From: a virus
Taxonomy: Duplodnaviria; Caudoviricetes
Strand: one strand, 5' to 3'
Length of the DNA stretch: 64,000 bases
IMG/VR virus record: IMGVR_UViG_2861736478_000001
Span: 12,387 to 76,386 of that record
Under the pieces are notes generated by a model. The model did no database searches and had not been told where the DNA came from. It was given only the letters and a program-made list of their open reading frames with translations. The stretch's first letter is position 1. Each line of letters begins with the position of its first letter. Positions 8,810 to 18,564 of the stretch are shown piece after piece. Position numbers and translations under genes: made by a program.

Positions 8810-9136
8810 GTGCCTCGACTCACCCCCTCTACGCTGAGCCTCCGTACCCGCCGCAGCACATGGACCGTCGTCCACGCCCAGCAGCTGGACGTGGTCATCC
8901 GGCGCACGCCGGACAACCGCAACCCCCGCTTCTACGCCTACCGCCACATCGCTGGGCTCACGTGGATGCAGATCCCCGGCCACTTCTACCGGCTCGACCA
9001 GGCCCGCGTCGCTCTCGCAAGCGAATCCGCCAGCATCACCGTCTGGGAGTTGCTGACGCCTCTGCTCGACCTCGCGGCCAAGACCCAGCCGCTCAGCACC
9101 GAGCCCCTTCCCATCGCGGCCGGTGGTGACCGATGA
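8810..9136 (+). CDS. Hypothetical early protein
   Basis: GAAAGGA RBS and chained overlaps. Confidence 0.6.
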   Translation: MPRLTPSTLSLRTRRSTWTVVHAQQLDVVIRRTPDNRNPRFYAYRHIAGLTWMQIPGHFYRLDQARVALASESASITVWELLTPLLDLAAKTQPLSTEPLPIAAGGDR

Positions 9137-9390
9137 GCGCCCCCCTCGACGCCGAGACGCACGCCATCCGCCGCATCGTCGGGCAGTACGGCAAGCCCAC
9201 CGCGATCCTCGCCCTCTACGCCCACCAGCACGAGACGTGCGCTGCCTATGGCCCGCTGCGCGCCGCGCTGGTTGAGAGCCTCCCCGAAGAGCTCGACCCC
9301 CGAGAGGCATCCGACCTGGCCGACGAGCTGATCGACCAGGTCCGCCGCCACATCCTGATCGCCGAGTACGCCCCGGAGCCCACCGCGTGA
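9133..9390 (+). CDS. Hypothetical early protein
   Basis: ATGA/GTGA coupling. Confidence 0.6.
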   Translation: MSAPLDAETHAIRRIVGQYGKPTAILALYAHQHETCAAYGPLRAALVESLPEELDPREASDLADELIDQVRRHILIAEYAPEPTA

Positions 9391-9584
9391 CCAGCACCAC
9401 CCTGAACCCCCCGGGCGAGCAACCGCCCAACGAAGACGAACTCGACGCCTTCATCGGCGCTCTCCGCGAAGAGCAGCCCGCCGAGCAGCGGCGTCACCCG
9501 TACCTCCACGCGCCGTCGTGGCGCGGCGGGCCGGCCTTGGGCACCTACGGCGAGTGGGAGTACGAGCGCGAGCGTGGTCTGTGA
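9387..9584 (+). CDS. Hypothetical early protein
   Basis: GTGA coupling on both sides. Confidence 0.55.
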   Translation: MTSTTLNPPGEQPPNEDELDAFIGALREEQPAEQRRHPYLHAPSWRGGPALGTYGEWEYERERGL

Positions 9585-10483
9585 CGGTCCTGACCGCTCA
9601 CCAGATCCCGGACGTTCAGCCCGGCTCCACGGAGTGGCTTCGCTACATGTCCGCTTCCAAGGCCGCCGCTGTGCTCGGCCTGTCGCCATGGGAGTCGCCG
9701 TTCTCCCTGTGGTGCCTCATGGCCGGGCTGGTCGAACCGGAACCCCAGACCAAGGAGCAGGCCCGCGGCCACTACCTCGAGCCCGCGGTCGCGAACTGGC
9801 TTGCCGACCGGCACCCGGAGTACCGGATGCTGCCCGGCGGCACCTGGGTCAGCAACGATCGGCCCTGGCAGCTCACCTCGCCGGACCGGCTTTTCTACGC
9901 CGGGGACGAGCTGGCCGAGCTGATCGAGTGCAAGACCGACGCCGACGGCCGCGAATGGGGCAAGCCCGGCACCAACGAGATCCCGCTGTACTACCTCGTC
10001 CAGGTGTTGTTCCAGATGGACACCATCGGCGCCCGCCGGACCCGCGTCGGCCTGCTCACCGGCAGGCTCGAATTCCGCGAGTACGTGGTGGACTACGACG
10101 AGCACTACGCCGCCGTGATCCGCGAGCGGTGCGAGTCGTTCATGGCCTCCCTCCTGCTGGGAGACATGCCCGACCTCGACGACCGTAAGGCCACGTACGA
10201 GTCGCTGCGTCGCCAGCACCCCCTGATCGACCGGGCTGGCAAGTACTTCATGGAGCCCGGCCTGGCCATCGAGGTGATCGACGCGCTCCAGGAGCTCGAA
10301 TCCGCAGAAGCAGCAGTGCTGACGGCCAAAGGGAAACTGCTGGTCGCCATGGGCACCGCCCGCCGGGCCTACTTCAACGGCGACCTGGTCGCTATCCGCA
10401 TGGCCAAGGGCGCCGAAGGTGTGCCCTTCCTCAAGTTTGAGAAGGCCCTGCCCGACATTTCCGACCTCGTAGGAGCATTTTGA
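9581..10483 (+). CDS. YqaJ-like (RecE/lambda-exo type) exonuclease
   Basis: EWL...SASKAAAVLGLSPWESP, RGHYLEP, SPDR, IECKT, YYLVQV.FQM motifs. Confidence 0.9.
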   Translation: MTVLTAHQIPDVQPGSTEWLRYMSASKAAAVLGLSPWESPFSLWCLMAGLVEPEPQTKEQARGHYLEPAVANWLADRHPEYRMLPGGTWVSNDRPWQLTSPDRLFYAGDELAELIECKTDADGREWGKPGTNEIPLYYLVQVLFQMDTIGARRTRVGLLTGRLEFREYVVDYDEHYAAVIRERCESFMASLLLGDMPDLDDRKATYESLRRQHPLIDRAGKYFMEPGLAIEVIDALQELESAEAAVLTAKGKLLVAMGTARRAYFNGDLVAIRMAKGAEGVPFLKFEKALPDISDLVGAF

Positions 10484-11889
10484 TGACCACTGAAACGCTG
10501 CCCGCCGTGATTCGCCGCGAGGACACCCTCGTCGAGCGGCAGGAGTACGCCAAGGCCCTGGCTGTGTCGGACCTCCTGCCCGCCCAGTACCGGAACAAGC
10601 CGGGCAATGTGCTGTACGCGGTCGAGTTTGGCCGCTCTCTTGGCATCTCCCCGATGGCCGCCATCCTTGGCGTGCACATCATCGAAGGCCGGGCCTGTGC
10701 CTCCTCCGGGCTCATCTCCGCGCTCGTGCGGGACGCCGGCCACAGGCTGCGCATCTGGGTCGAACGTAACCCCCAGAACGGGGCGCTGGTGAAAGCGGTC
10801 GCCACGATCGTCCGTGGTGACGACCCCGACTTCGAGTTCCGCGCCGAATGGACGTGGGACCGCGCCGTCGCTGCCGGGGTCACGGGCAAGAAGGTGTGGC
10901 AGAACTATCGGGAAGGGATGCTGAAGGCTCGCGCGATCACTGAAGTGGCCCGCGAAGCCTGCGAGGAGGCCCTGCGCGGCGTCGGCTACACCCCCGAAGA
11001 GCTCGGCGCAGAGGTCAACGAAGACGGCTCCATCGTCATCACCGACGCCAGGACGCCGCAGGGCCAGTCCCTCGGTGACGCGCTCGGCGTCAACCCCGGC
11101 CACGGTGACGACTCCCAGGACACCGACAAGGCCAGCAAGAAGCAGCGCAACGAGATCGGCGCGGCGATGGTCGCCCAGGGATACACCAAGGAGACCGCGC
11201 CCGGCTTCCTGTCGAAGGTCGCGCAACGGCCGGTGCAGAAGTCCGAGGAGCTGACGGGGGCAGAGGCCGCCCAGGTCATGCACGCCCTCAACATGGCGGC
11301 CAAGGCCCAGACCGCGCCAGAGGCCCAGCCCGAATCCGAGCCCCAGGCCGCAGCGGATGACGACATCCACGAGGGCGAGCTGGTCGACGACGAGGAGCCG
11401 CACGAGGCCGAGCCAGTCGTGATGATCAGCAAGGGCCAGCAGGCCGAGATGCACGCCCTGCTCAAGGACTGCGAGATCACCTCCGCCACCGGGGCGGGCT
11501 CGAAGGCCATCAACGACGAGAAGCGGTTCACCTACCTCTCCCACTTCCTCAACCGCCCAATCACCTCCAGCAGCGAACTCACATACGAGGAAGCACAGGG
11601 CGTGGTCGCCGCGCTGCGGCAGCTGCGAGCCGAGATCGAGGCGGAGCGGAACCTTCAGCTCTCCCAGATCGGCGGCCTGTTCCAGGGCCTCGGCGTCGAA
11701 TCCAAGGAGGACCGGCTCCGCGACACCTCCGCCCTCCTCGGCCGCACCATCACCAAGCCGGACGAGCTCTCCTCGGCCGACCTCGCCACGCTCCTCCAGG
11801 GCCTGAACGCGGCCGGAGGCGTCATCGATGCCTGGACCGCACTCATCGCCCAGGTGGAGGCCGCCCGCGGTGAGGACGGTCAGCACTGA
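10483..11889 (+). CDS. recT: RecT-like single-strand annealing protein with long acidic C-terminal extension
   Basis: LLPAQYRNKPGNVLYAVEFG..LGISPM...IEGR...MLKARAITEVAR pattern, directly after the exonuclease. Confidence 0.75.
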   Translation: MTTETLPAVIRREDTLVERQEYAKALAVSDLLPAQYRNKPGNVLYAVEFGRSLGISPMAAILGVHIIEGRACASSGLISALVRDAGHRLRIWVERNPQNGALVKAVATIVRGDDPDFEFRAEWTWDRAVAAGVTGKKVWQNYREGMLKARAITEVAREACEEALRGVGYTPEELGAEVNEDGSIVITDARTPQGQSLGDALGVNPGHGDDSQDTDKASKKQRNEIGAAMVAQGYTKETAPGFLSKVAQRPVQKSEELTGAEAAQVMHALNMAAKAQTAPEAQPESEPQAAADDDIHEGELVDDEEPHEAEPVVMISKGQQAEMHALLKDCEITSATGAGSKAINDEKRFTYLSHFLNRPITSSSELTYEEAQGVVAALRQLRAEIEAERNLQLSQIGGLFQGLGVESKEDRLRDTSALLGRTITKPDELSSADLATLLQGLNAAGGVIDAWTALIAQVEAARGEDGQH

Positions 11890-12134
11890 TGGCCCGCGCG
11901 AGGGCTCCTCAGCACGGCAAGGCCGGAACCTACAACGGCGGTTGCCGCTGCGTGTCGTGCACTGCGGCGGTGGCCGAGCGGCTGCGCATGACCCGGGCCA
12001 ACCTCCGAGCGAGGGCGATCTCCCATCCGGAGCTGGTGCCGCACGGCACCTCCGGCGCTTACCACAACTGGGGGTGCCGTTGCGATACCTGCAAGTCCGC
12101 CCAGAAGGCCCGCACTCGCCGCAAGACCACGTGA
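11889..12134 (+). CDS. Small Cys-rich protein with two HG..Y..GCRC..C repeats
   Basis: HGKAGTYNGGCRCVSC and HGTSGAYHNWGCRCDTC. Confidence 0.7.
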   Translation: MARARAPQHGKAGTYNGGCRCVSCTAAVAERLRMTRANLRARAISHPELVPHGTSGAYHNWGCRCDTCKSAQKARTRRKTT

Positions 12135-12153
12135 TCTGGAACGGAGACCCATC

Positions 12154-12603
12154 ATGATCAGACAGGTGTTCGTCGCGGACACGCCGTTCAGTCCCGAGCA
12201 GATCTACCACCAGGTCAGCCTGACGGAGCTCACCCTCGTTGTGGGCCAGCTCCGTGTCCCGGCCTCGGGAGGCGACTTGAGCGCCCTCGTCGACGCCGAG
12301 CGGATCGCCGACAAGCTGGGGCGCGTGGTTGCCGCCTACCACCGTGACCTGAAGATCCGGATCGGCCAGCTCCAGCGCGCGGACGAGCAGCGAGCGACCG
12401 CCCCCGCGCTGTGCGCCTGCGGCCAGCCGGCCGAGCCCGGCATCACGCACCAGACGGACGCGCCCTGCTACCGCGACGAGTCCCGCACCGCCGCCACACT
12501 CGAGCCGGAGAGCGCCCTGGGCGACATCGACCCGCACCTAGCCAAGGTGGTGGATCGCGTGTTCGCGACCCCCACCCACGAAGCCACTCAACCCGCAAGC
12601 TAA
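12154..12603 (+). CDS. Hypothetical protein (CACG..H..C motif)
   Basis: GGAG RBS and coding bias. Confidence 0.6.
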   Translation: MIRQVFVADTPFSPEQIYHQVSLTELTLVVGQLRVPASGGDLSALVDAERIADKLGRVVAAYHRDLKIRIGQLQRADEQRATAPALCACGQPAEPGITHQTDAPCYRDESRTAATLEPESALGDIDPHLAKVVDRVFATPTHEATQPAS

Positions 12604-12644
12604 ACCGCTTGCGAAAGTCACCTCACCCGAAGAAGGAGTCCGCC

Positions 12645-12929
12645 ATGGGACCCACGAAGGCGCAGATCGTGCTCAACGGCGACGGCAGCGCCGACTACAG
12701 CGTCATCGACTACGACGAGGAGACCGGGCCGTACTGGTACGTCTTCATCGACGACACCCCGGTCGCACCGGACAGGCCACTGCCGCTCACCCACGCGCTC
12801 CGCGAGTTCGAGAGATGCGCCCGGCAAGCCATCGAGGAGGACGACGGCGAGAGCGTCGAGCTGCGCCCGTGCACCCCCGATGACCTCGAATGGGCGGGCG
12901 TCACCGGTGCCGCTAACGGGGGTGAGTGA
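12645..12929 (+). CDS. Hypothetical acidic protein
   Basis: AAGGAG RBS. Confidence 0.65.
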   Translation: MGPTKAQIVLNGDGSADYSVIDYDEETGPYWYVFIDDTPVAPDRPLPLTHALREFERCARQAIEEDDGESVELRPCTPDDLEWAGVTGAANGGE

Positions 12930-13132
12930 CCATGTTCCTCGCCATTCTGCTTGCGGCGGCGTACTGGCTGATCAACTCCTGGCTGATCATGCTGGTGGTC
13001 GCCTACCTTCACCACCAGTGGTGGGCCGTCATCCCCGAGATGACCTATGGCAACGCCGTCGTCACCTCCCTCCTGCTGCACGCGATCGCCGTCCCGGCGG
13101 TCGCCACCATCTCCAAGGGTCGGCGGCGATGA
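12926..13132 (+). CDS. Small membrane protein
   Basis: Two hydrophobic helices and GTGA coupling. Confidence 0.6.
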   Translation: MTMFLAILLAAAYWLINSWLIMLVVAYLHHQWWAVIPEMTYGNAVVTSLLLHAIAVPAVATISKGRRR

Positions 13133-13512
13133 GCCGATACACCATTGCCAACGAGCCTGGTGCTTCCGCAGGTCGCACGACCGAGGTCGGTTGGGACGCG
13201 CCGCTGTCCACCTACTTCCTGTCGGCGTTCGAGCCCGGAGACGGTGCGGACGGCGACGACACCGAAGTGTTCTGGTACGGCTGCACCCCGGCGGAGGTGC
13301 CGACCGTCGAGGCGCTCGACGTGCTGCTCGCCAAGCACAACCTCGTCGTCACCGCGCCGATCGCCTACGCCCTCGTCCAGGACCGCGAGCGTGAAGGCCA
13401 CCGATTCTCCACCCGGCCGGCGGCAGCGCTCATCGCAGACCTGGTCCGCCCCATCGTCGACGACGCCCAGCAGGCGCGCATCGATGCCGAGCTCGCCCGG
13501 CGGCCCTCGTGA
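13129..13512 (+). CDS. Hypothetical protein
   Basis: ATGA coupling. VGWD.PL.TYF motif. Confidence 0.6.
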   Translation: MSRYTIANEPGASAGRTTEVGWDAPLSTYFLSAFEPGDGADGDDTEVFWYGCTPAEVPTVEALDVLLAKHNLVVTAPIAYALVQDREREGHRFSTRPAAALIADLVRPIVDDAQQARIDAELARRPS

Positions 13513-13760
13513 GGGCCCTCATCGTTCTGACCCTCGTCGCCATCATCGCCATCGCCTACGTCGCCGTCGTGTGGATCCAGTCCCGCGTCAAGGGCGCCCG
13601 CGAAAGCCAACGCGAACTCGCCCGGCACCGCCAGCTCGTCGCCGAACTCCACCAGCTGGCCATCGACCAACTCGGCGTCGACCCCACCGCCCAGCTCCTC
13701 GAACTGAAGATCCGCAAATTCCACACCGCCCCCTCAACCCGCAAGGAAGCTCGTTCATGA
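13509..13760 (+). CDS. Single-TM membrane protein upstream of SPFH gene
   Basis: N-terminal TM helix and GTGA coupling. Confidence 0.65.
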   Translation: MRALIVLTLVAIIAIAYVAVVWIQSRVKGARESQRELARHRQLVAELHQLAIDQLGVDPTAQLLELKIRKFHTAPSTRKEARS

Positions 13761-14623
13761 CCCGCAAGTACATCCCCGCCGCCATCCTCGCCCTGGCAGC
13801 CCTGACCGCCTGCTCGGTCACCACCGAGACCAACGAGCAGGCCATCGACTACGACTACGACATGTTCTCCGGCACCACGAAGAAGGAATCATGTGTCGCG
13901 CCGGGCCAGCGCTCCATGCTCGACATCAACGACTACGGCGTGGTCCTACCCGCCGACCTGCGCACGTTCGAGTTCGCCGGGTCGGCCGATCCGAAGAACC
14001 CGAACGCGGTCGTCGTCAAGGAGGGGGCAGAAACCGGCCCGATCACGGTCTCCGCTGCCGGGAACATCACCATGCTGGTCAGCGGTGTCGCCTCGTTCAA
14101 CCTCACCACCGACTGCGCCACCCTCGACGAGTTCTGGCGCAACATCGGCCGCAAGTACGCCGCCGACACCCCTGACGGCTGGCGGCGCATGCTGAGCGTC
14201 GTCGTTCAGCAGCCGCTAGACCGTGCGATGGATGCCGCGGCCAAGGCGTACACGTGGGAGCAGCTCTCCGGCGACAACACCGTCAAGCAGAACTGGGAGA
14301 AGGCAGTCGCCGATTCGCTGCCGGGCTTCATCCAGGAGCAGACCGGCAAGCAGTACTTCACCAACTTCAAGCTGACGCTCCAGATGCCGATGGCTCCGCC
14401 AAGCCTCCAGGACGCGAAGACGGCCAAGGAAGTCGCCAACCAGCGCAACGAGGCGCAGAAGGCTGAGAACACCCGCGCGCTCACCGAGTTGGACCAGATC
14501 AAGGCGCTCAAGGATGTGCTGGGCATCGAGGGCGCGGTCCTGTGGCGGGCTGTCGAGAAGGGCCAGCTCCAGGTGTACGTGACTGGCGACGGCAAGGTCA
14601 ACGTCACTCCTGGCAAGCCGTAG
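13757..14623 (+). CDS. SPFH/band-7-like lipoprotein
   Basis: Lipobox LTAC, SPFH-like core (ITMLVSGVASFNL...FWRNIGRKY...QPLDRAM) and coiled-coil tail. Confidence 0.75.
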   Translation: MTRKYIPAAILALAALTACSVTTETNEQAIDYDYDMFSGTTKKESCVAPGQRSMLDINDYGVVLPADLRTFEFAGSADPKNPNAVVVKEGAETGPITVSAAGNITMLVSGVASFNLTTDCATLDEFWRNIGRKYAADTPDGWRRMLSVVVQQPLDRAMDAAAKAYTWEQLSGDNTVKQNWEKAVADSLPGFIQEQTGKQYFTNFKLTLQMPMAPPSLQDAKTAKEVANQRNEAQKAENTRALTELDQIKALKDVLGIEGAVLWRAVEKGQLQVYVTGDGKVNVTPGKP

Positions 14624-14707
14624 TCCGCGCTGCACCCCACTTCGCTGCTCGGCCGCGGCGGATCACACCGCGGCGGCCGGCGGCGTCCTCCACCGTCCCA
14701 CGCTCGC

Positions 14708-15517
14708 ATGAAAGCGATCAACAAAGTGACTCTCCAACTGTCCGACCTGTACGGGCCGCGCCTGCGCGCGCTCGATTCGGCCACGAAGTATCCCGCGATC
14801 CCGACCTACCACACACTCGACAAGTCGCGGCGCAAGTCGCCGCTGCTCGACGAGGACCCCATCTCGTTCCGCGGCACCGTCTGGGGCTACGAGAAGGTGG
14901 ACGGCACTAACGGGCGAATCGTTCTGCTGCCAGAGAACTCCGGCTGGCTGATCGGCTCACGCGATGAGCTGCTGACCGCCGTCGGTGACCTGGTGGTGCG
15001 CGACGCACTCGGCATCGTCGCGACGCTGAGCCGCATCGCCGAGCGGCTAACCAATCCCCGCCGGGACATGGTCGTCACCGCGTATCTGGAGGTTTACGGC
15101 CAGCAGGGCGAGGCCGCCGCGCAGTACGGCAACCGAAGCGTATCCAGCGCACGGCTGTTCGACGTGTCCCTCGTGCCCGTCTCAATCCTCGATCGTGACG
15201 TCGAGGCTGTGGCCCGCTGGCGGGACCACGGCGGGCAGGAATGGCTGGACGAGGGGCAGCTGGACGGCTTCGCCGAGGACCAGAGCGTGCAGCGGGCTCC
15301 GGAGCTGTTCGCCCTAGCATCCCACATGCTGCCGACCACGGTCGCCGACATGCGCGTGTTCATGGAGCGCTACGCCACCACGGCGGCGCAACTGAATGGA
15401 GCGCCTGGACGCAGCGAGGGTCTGGTGCTGTCCAGCACAGACCGGCGGACCAAGGCGAAGGTCCGTTTCGCCGACTATGACCGGACGCTGGCGCTTCGCG
15501 CTGATGCCGCCAAGTAG
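14708..15517 (+). CDS. RNA ligase family nucleotidyltransferase (Rnl2-like)
   Basis: YPAIPTYH, motif I EKVDGTN, GSR, YLEVYG, LFDV, EGLVL, KAKVR. Confidence 0.8.
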   Translation: MKAINKVTLQLSDLYGPRLRALDSATKYPAIPTYHTLDKSRRKSPLLDEDPISFRGTVWGYEKVDGTNGRIVLLPENSGWLIGSRDELLTAVGDLVVRDALGIVATLSRIAERLTNPRRDMVVTAYLEVYGQQGEAAAQYGNRSVSSARLFDVSLVPVSILDRDVEAVARWRDHGGQEWLDEGQLDGFAEDQSVQRAPELFALASHMLPTTVADMRVFMERYATTAAQLNGAPGRSEGLVLSSTDRRTKAKVRFADYDRTLALRADAAK

Positions 15518-15685
15518 GTGAAGCCCGTGCTCGCCGCGCTGTGGACCGCTGATCCGTACTTGGTGGTCATGCTCGCCGGGCTTGGCCTGATCCTCACGAT
15601 CCTCGCCGCCGCAGCGCTGTGGCTCGACGTCGAGTCACAGCGCCCGCACACCGATATCGAAACCCAGGGGGACGAGTCTTCGTGA
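15518..15685 (+). CDS. Small membrane protein (55 aa, below ORF-track cutoff)
   Basis: Hand translation VKPVLAALWTADPYLVVMLAGLGLILTILAAAALWL...; starts right after the upstream TAG. Confidence 0.55.
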   Translation: MKPVLAALWTADPYLVVMLAGLGLILTILAAAALWLDVESQRPHTDIETQGDESS

Positions 15686-15930
15686 TCAAGGACATTCTCG
15701 CCGTCATCGGCGGCTTCGTAGTCGCAGCGTGGGTGCTCTTCATCGCCGGAGCATGGCTCGACCACCGCCGTGCTCAACACCGCCGCCGCAAAGCGGACCG
15801 TCTGGCCGCGAAGGCCCAGGCCCGAGCCATCGAGTCGAGCCCAGACGGCGTGGATGACCGCGTCTGGGACCTGTACATCCGCGAGCAGGGCTTGACCAGC
15901 ATCAAGGCCCCGAAGGAGTGGCGTCGGTGA
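15682..15930 (+). CDS. Small membrane protein
   Basis: GTGA coupling, TM helix followed by a basic segment. Confidence 0.6.
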   Translation: MIKDILAVIGGFVVAAWVLFIAGAWLDHRRAQHRRRKADRLAAKAQARAIESSPDGVDDRVWDLYIREQGLTSIKAPKEWRR

Positions 15931-16766
15931 TCAACGACTCCCAGCCGCTGGAACTCACACCGGACAGTCTGTTTCCTGCGGGCGGCAGAGAGGAGGACGC
16001 CGAGCGCGCTCTGCTTCTGTGCGAAGCACTCGCCCCTGGGACCGGCCAGATGATGATGGCCGTGATTGACGGCGAACCGCCCAGTAAGAGCCGCCCGCGG
16101 TTCACACGAAACGGGAAGCCATACCGAACCAAGGAAGACGTCGATGCCGAAGCGCGCACGGCGCAGCATCTTCGACGCATTTTCGACCAGCCGTGGACCG
16201 GAAATATCGCACTGGGCTGCATCTTCTTCCGGCCCAACAAGCAGCGCATCGACGTGGACAACATGATCAAGCACGTGTGCGATGCGGCCAACGGCATCGC
16301 CTGGAACGACGATTCCCAAGTCACAGCGGTGTACGGAGTGGCCGAACTCGACCAGCAGAGCCCTCGAACCGTTCTCATCTTCGCCCAGCATCGCTCGACC
16401 CTCACTCGAGGAACCGACAACGTTCGCCCTTGCGAGTACTGCGGTACGCCCTTCGAGCTTGTCGGGCGCACGACGAAGAGGTTCTGCACCGCAGCGTGTT
16501 CGTACAAGGCCAGAGGCTATGACCTGTCCGAGCCGATCTTGTGCAAGCAGTGCGGGCAGCTATTCCGCCGGACGACGAAAGCTCAGATTCTGTGCTCACG
16601 CGAGTGCCGGGCGGATAGTGTTCGCGGCCGAAACCGCAGCAGAGGCGGACCACCGAGCAACTGCGCGACATGCGGCAAGCCCTTGTCTCACAGGCGCGGT
16701 GGTCGGTGTCGAGATTGCTGGCGCGCCAATCCAGCCAATATGGGAGCGGGGGAGTCTCGTGGTTGA
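15927..16766 (+). CDS. rusA: RusA-family Holliday junction resolvase fused to three C-terminal Cys4 zinc-binding repeats
   Basis: GEPPSKSRPRF, RIDVDNMIKHVCDAANGIAWNDDSQV. C-terminal CEYC/CTAAC, CKQC/CSREC, CATC/CRDC. Confidence 0.85.
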   Translation: MINDSQPLELTPDSLFPAGGREEDAERALLLCEALAPGTGQMMMAVIDGEPPSKSRPRFTRNGKPYRTKEDVDAEARTAQHLRRIFDQPWTGNIALGCIFFRPNKQRIDVDNMIKHVCDAANGIAWNDDSQVTAVYGVAELDQQSPRTVLIFAQHRSTLTRGTDNVRPCEYCGTPFELVGRTTKRFCTAACSYKARGYDLSEPILCKQCGQLFRRTTKAQILCSRECRADSVRGRNRSRGGPPSNCATCGKPLSHRRGGRCRDCWRANPANMGAGESRG

Positions 16767-16850
16767 ACGCCCCCACGGCTACGCCAAGTCCACGCAGTAC
16801 ATCCGGCTTCAAAGCGAGAAGCGGCACGCCAACCGGCAGGGTGTGACTGC

Positions 16851-17276
16851 TTGATCCGGACCCTCCTAGGCGACGTCCCCGACTTCCACGCCCGCGCGGC
16901 CTGCGGCGGCAAGGCCACCGTCATGTCATCCAGGGACGACAGCGGCATCGCCCAGGCTAAGGCGATCTGCGCCCGCTGCCCGGTGCTCAACGACTGCCGG
17001 GCATGGGCTGGCGAGCTCAGAGAGGAGAAGGACCCCGAGATGGTGCTCGGCGGCCTCACTTGGCTGGAGCGCCGTCAAGGCGTGCCGTCCGGCGAGCGCA
17101 GGTGCAACACCTGCCAGCAGGTCAAGTCGTTCACCGAGTTCGGGCGCAGAAGCAAAGGCAAAGGCGGCAGGCAGTCGATCTGCCTGGATTGCAGCAGGCA
17201 GCAGTCCAAGGCCGCATACGACCGGCGCGTCCAGCAGAAACGCGACGCCCACAAGAACAGCCAGGCCACGTCATGA
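16851..17276 (+). CDS. whiB: WhiB-family Fe-S transcription factor with extra C-terminal CxxC..CxxC domain
   Basis: AAC...AKAICARCPVLNDC...VLGG, then CNTCQQVK...EF...CLDC. Confidence 0.8.
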   Translation: MIRTLLGDVPDFHARAACGGKATVMSSRDDSGIAQAKAICARCPVLNDCRAWAGELREEKDPEMVLGGLTWLERRQGVPSGERRCNTCQQVKSFTEFGRRSKGKGGRQSICLDCSRQQSKAAYDRRVQQKRDAHKNSQATS

Positions 17277-17398
17277 CCTTCAAGCCTCCCCACGAGGAGG
17301 GCGCCCCGGTCGTCGTGGATGGCGAGGTCGTCGGCTACCAATACGCCTTGTTCGACATATGCCACCACGAGCCAATTGAGGAAGGGCCAAATCGATGA
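17273..17398 (+). CDS. Very small hypothetical protein
   Basis: ATGA coupling on both sides. Confidence 0.45.
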   Translation: MTFKPPHEEGAPVVVDGEVVGYQYALFDICHHEPIEEGPNR

Positions 17399-17748
17399 TC
17401 CCCACCGGTCGTGAGCTTTCCCTCTGCGGGCTGTGCCGCGAACCCATCCTGTGGACCGTCACCGAAGCGGGCAATCGTCTCGCCGTCGATCCCAACCCAG
17501 CCGCCACAGGGAACACCGCGTGCTACCGGACCGGGCCGCGCGCGTGGAAGTCCAGAGCCCTGCACGGGGTCGAGGCGTTGCCCCGACAGCCCTGGGAGGA
17601 CGTGTTCATGCCGCACGTCGCCACCTGCGCCCGCGCCAACCCCGTCCAGACCGAACTGCCCGCTGTCCTTCCGCCCAACGTGGTCCGGCTCGACCTAGCC
17701 CGCCAGCGCCGCGCCCTGAAAGGAGCCCGCCGAAATGCGACACGGTGA
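17395..17748 (+). CDS. Hypothetical protein (CxxC ... HxxxC)
   Basis: CGLCREPILW..TEAG..LAVD.......GN...PHVATC pattern. Confidence 0.65.
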   Translation: MIPTGRELSLCGLCREPILWTVTEAGNRLAVDPNPAATGNTACYRTGPRAWKSRALHGVEALPRQPWEDVFMPHVATCARANPVQTELPAVLPPNVVRLDLARQRRALKGARRNATR

Positions 17749-18544
17749 GTACGCCACCTACACCGTCCAGAAATGCCGCTGCACGGAATGCAAAGCAGCA
17801 TCCGCCGCCTACGCACGCGAACGACACCGGCTCCTGGCGTACGGCAGGTGGAAGCCGTTCGCCGACACCGAAGCCGTCCGGGCCCATGTGCTGAACCTGC
17901 GCCGGTACATCTCCTATGACGCCATCGCCCTCCTGGCGCAAGTCCCTGCACGCAGCATCGACCTGCTGGTGTACGGCGAGGCTGGCTCGCCGGGGTCAGC
18001 CCGGATGAGGACGGAGACCGCAACGCGGCTGCTCGCGGTCTCCATCGACCTTGACCAGATGCCCGACGAGATGCGGATCAGCGTGGCCGGCAGTCGCCGC
18101 CGCCTCCAGGCGCTCATGCTGCGCGGCTGGGCCATGCCGCTGGTGTCCGAACGGTGCGAGGTACCCCGTTGGCAGCTCGACAAGGTGCTCAACGTTGCGC
18201 TGATCCTGCGGGTCTTCCAGGCTCGCGCGATCCGCGACGTGACCGCCCAACTGTTTGACCAGGACCCGCCACTCACCACCCGCAGTGAACGGCATACCGC
18301 TGCCATCGTCCGCAACCGCGCGCGACGCAACGGCTGGGTGCCCTTGGCGGCCTGGGACGACATCGACGACCCCGACGTAGAACCCGACCTCGGCACCACT
18401 GTTCCACGGGCCCAGGCCATCACTGAGGACGCAGCGTTCCTCGCCGAGCAGGGCCTAACCCCCAACCAGGTGGCCGAGCGCCTCCAGATTTCCCGCGGCT
18501 ATCTACAGAAGGCCAGAGCCCGCGCCGCAGCCACCAGCGCCTGA
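17735..18544 (+). CDS. Multi-HTH DNA-binding protein with N-terminal HG..Y...CRC..C motif
   Basis: SRRRLQALMLRGW and AWDDIDDP motifs. C-terminal LTPNQVAERLQISRGYL HTH. Confidence 0.7.
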   Translation: MRHGEYATYTVQKCRCTECKAASAAYARERHRLLAYGRWKPFADTEAVRAHVLNLRRYISYDAIALLAQVPARSIDLLVYGEAGSPGSARMRTETATRLLAVSIDLDQMPDEMRISVAGSRRRLQALMLRGWAMPLVSERCEVPRWQLDKVLNVALILRVFQARAIRDVTAQLFDQDPPLTTRSERHTAAIVRNRARRNGWVPLAAWDDIDDPDVEPDLGTTVPRAQAITEDAAFLAEQGLTPNQVAERLQISRGYLQKARARAAATSA

Positions 18545-18564
18545 CGTCCACCGATCGGAGACCC

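Noticed and set aside
10369-12537. 722-aa minus-strand ORF
   Set aside because: Antisense shadow of recT and neighbours, typical of high-GC DNA, with no motifs.
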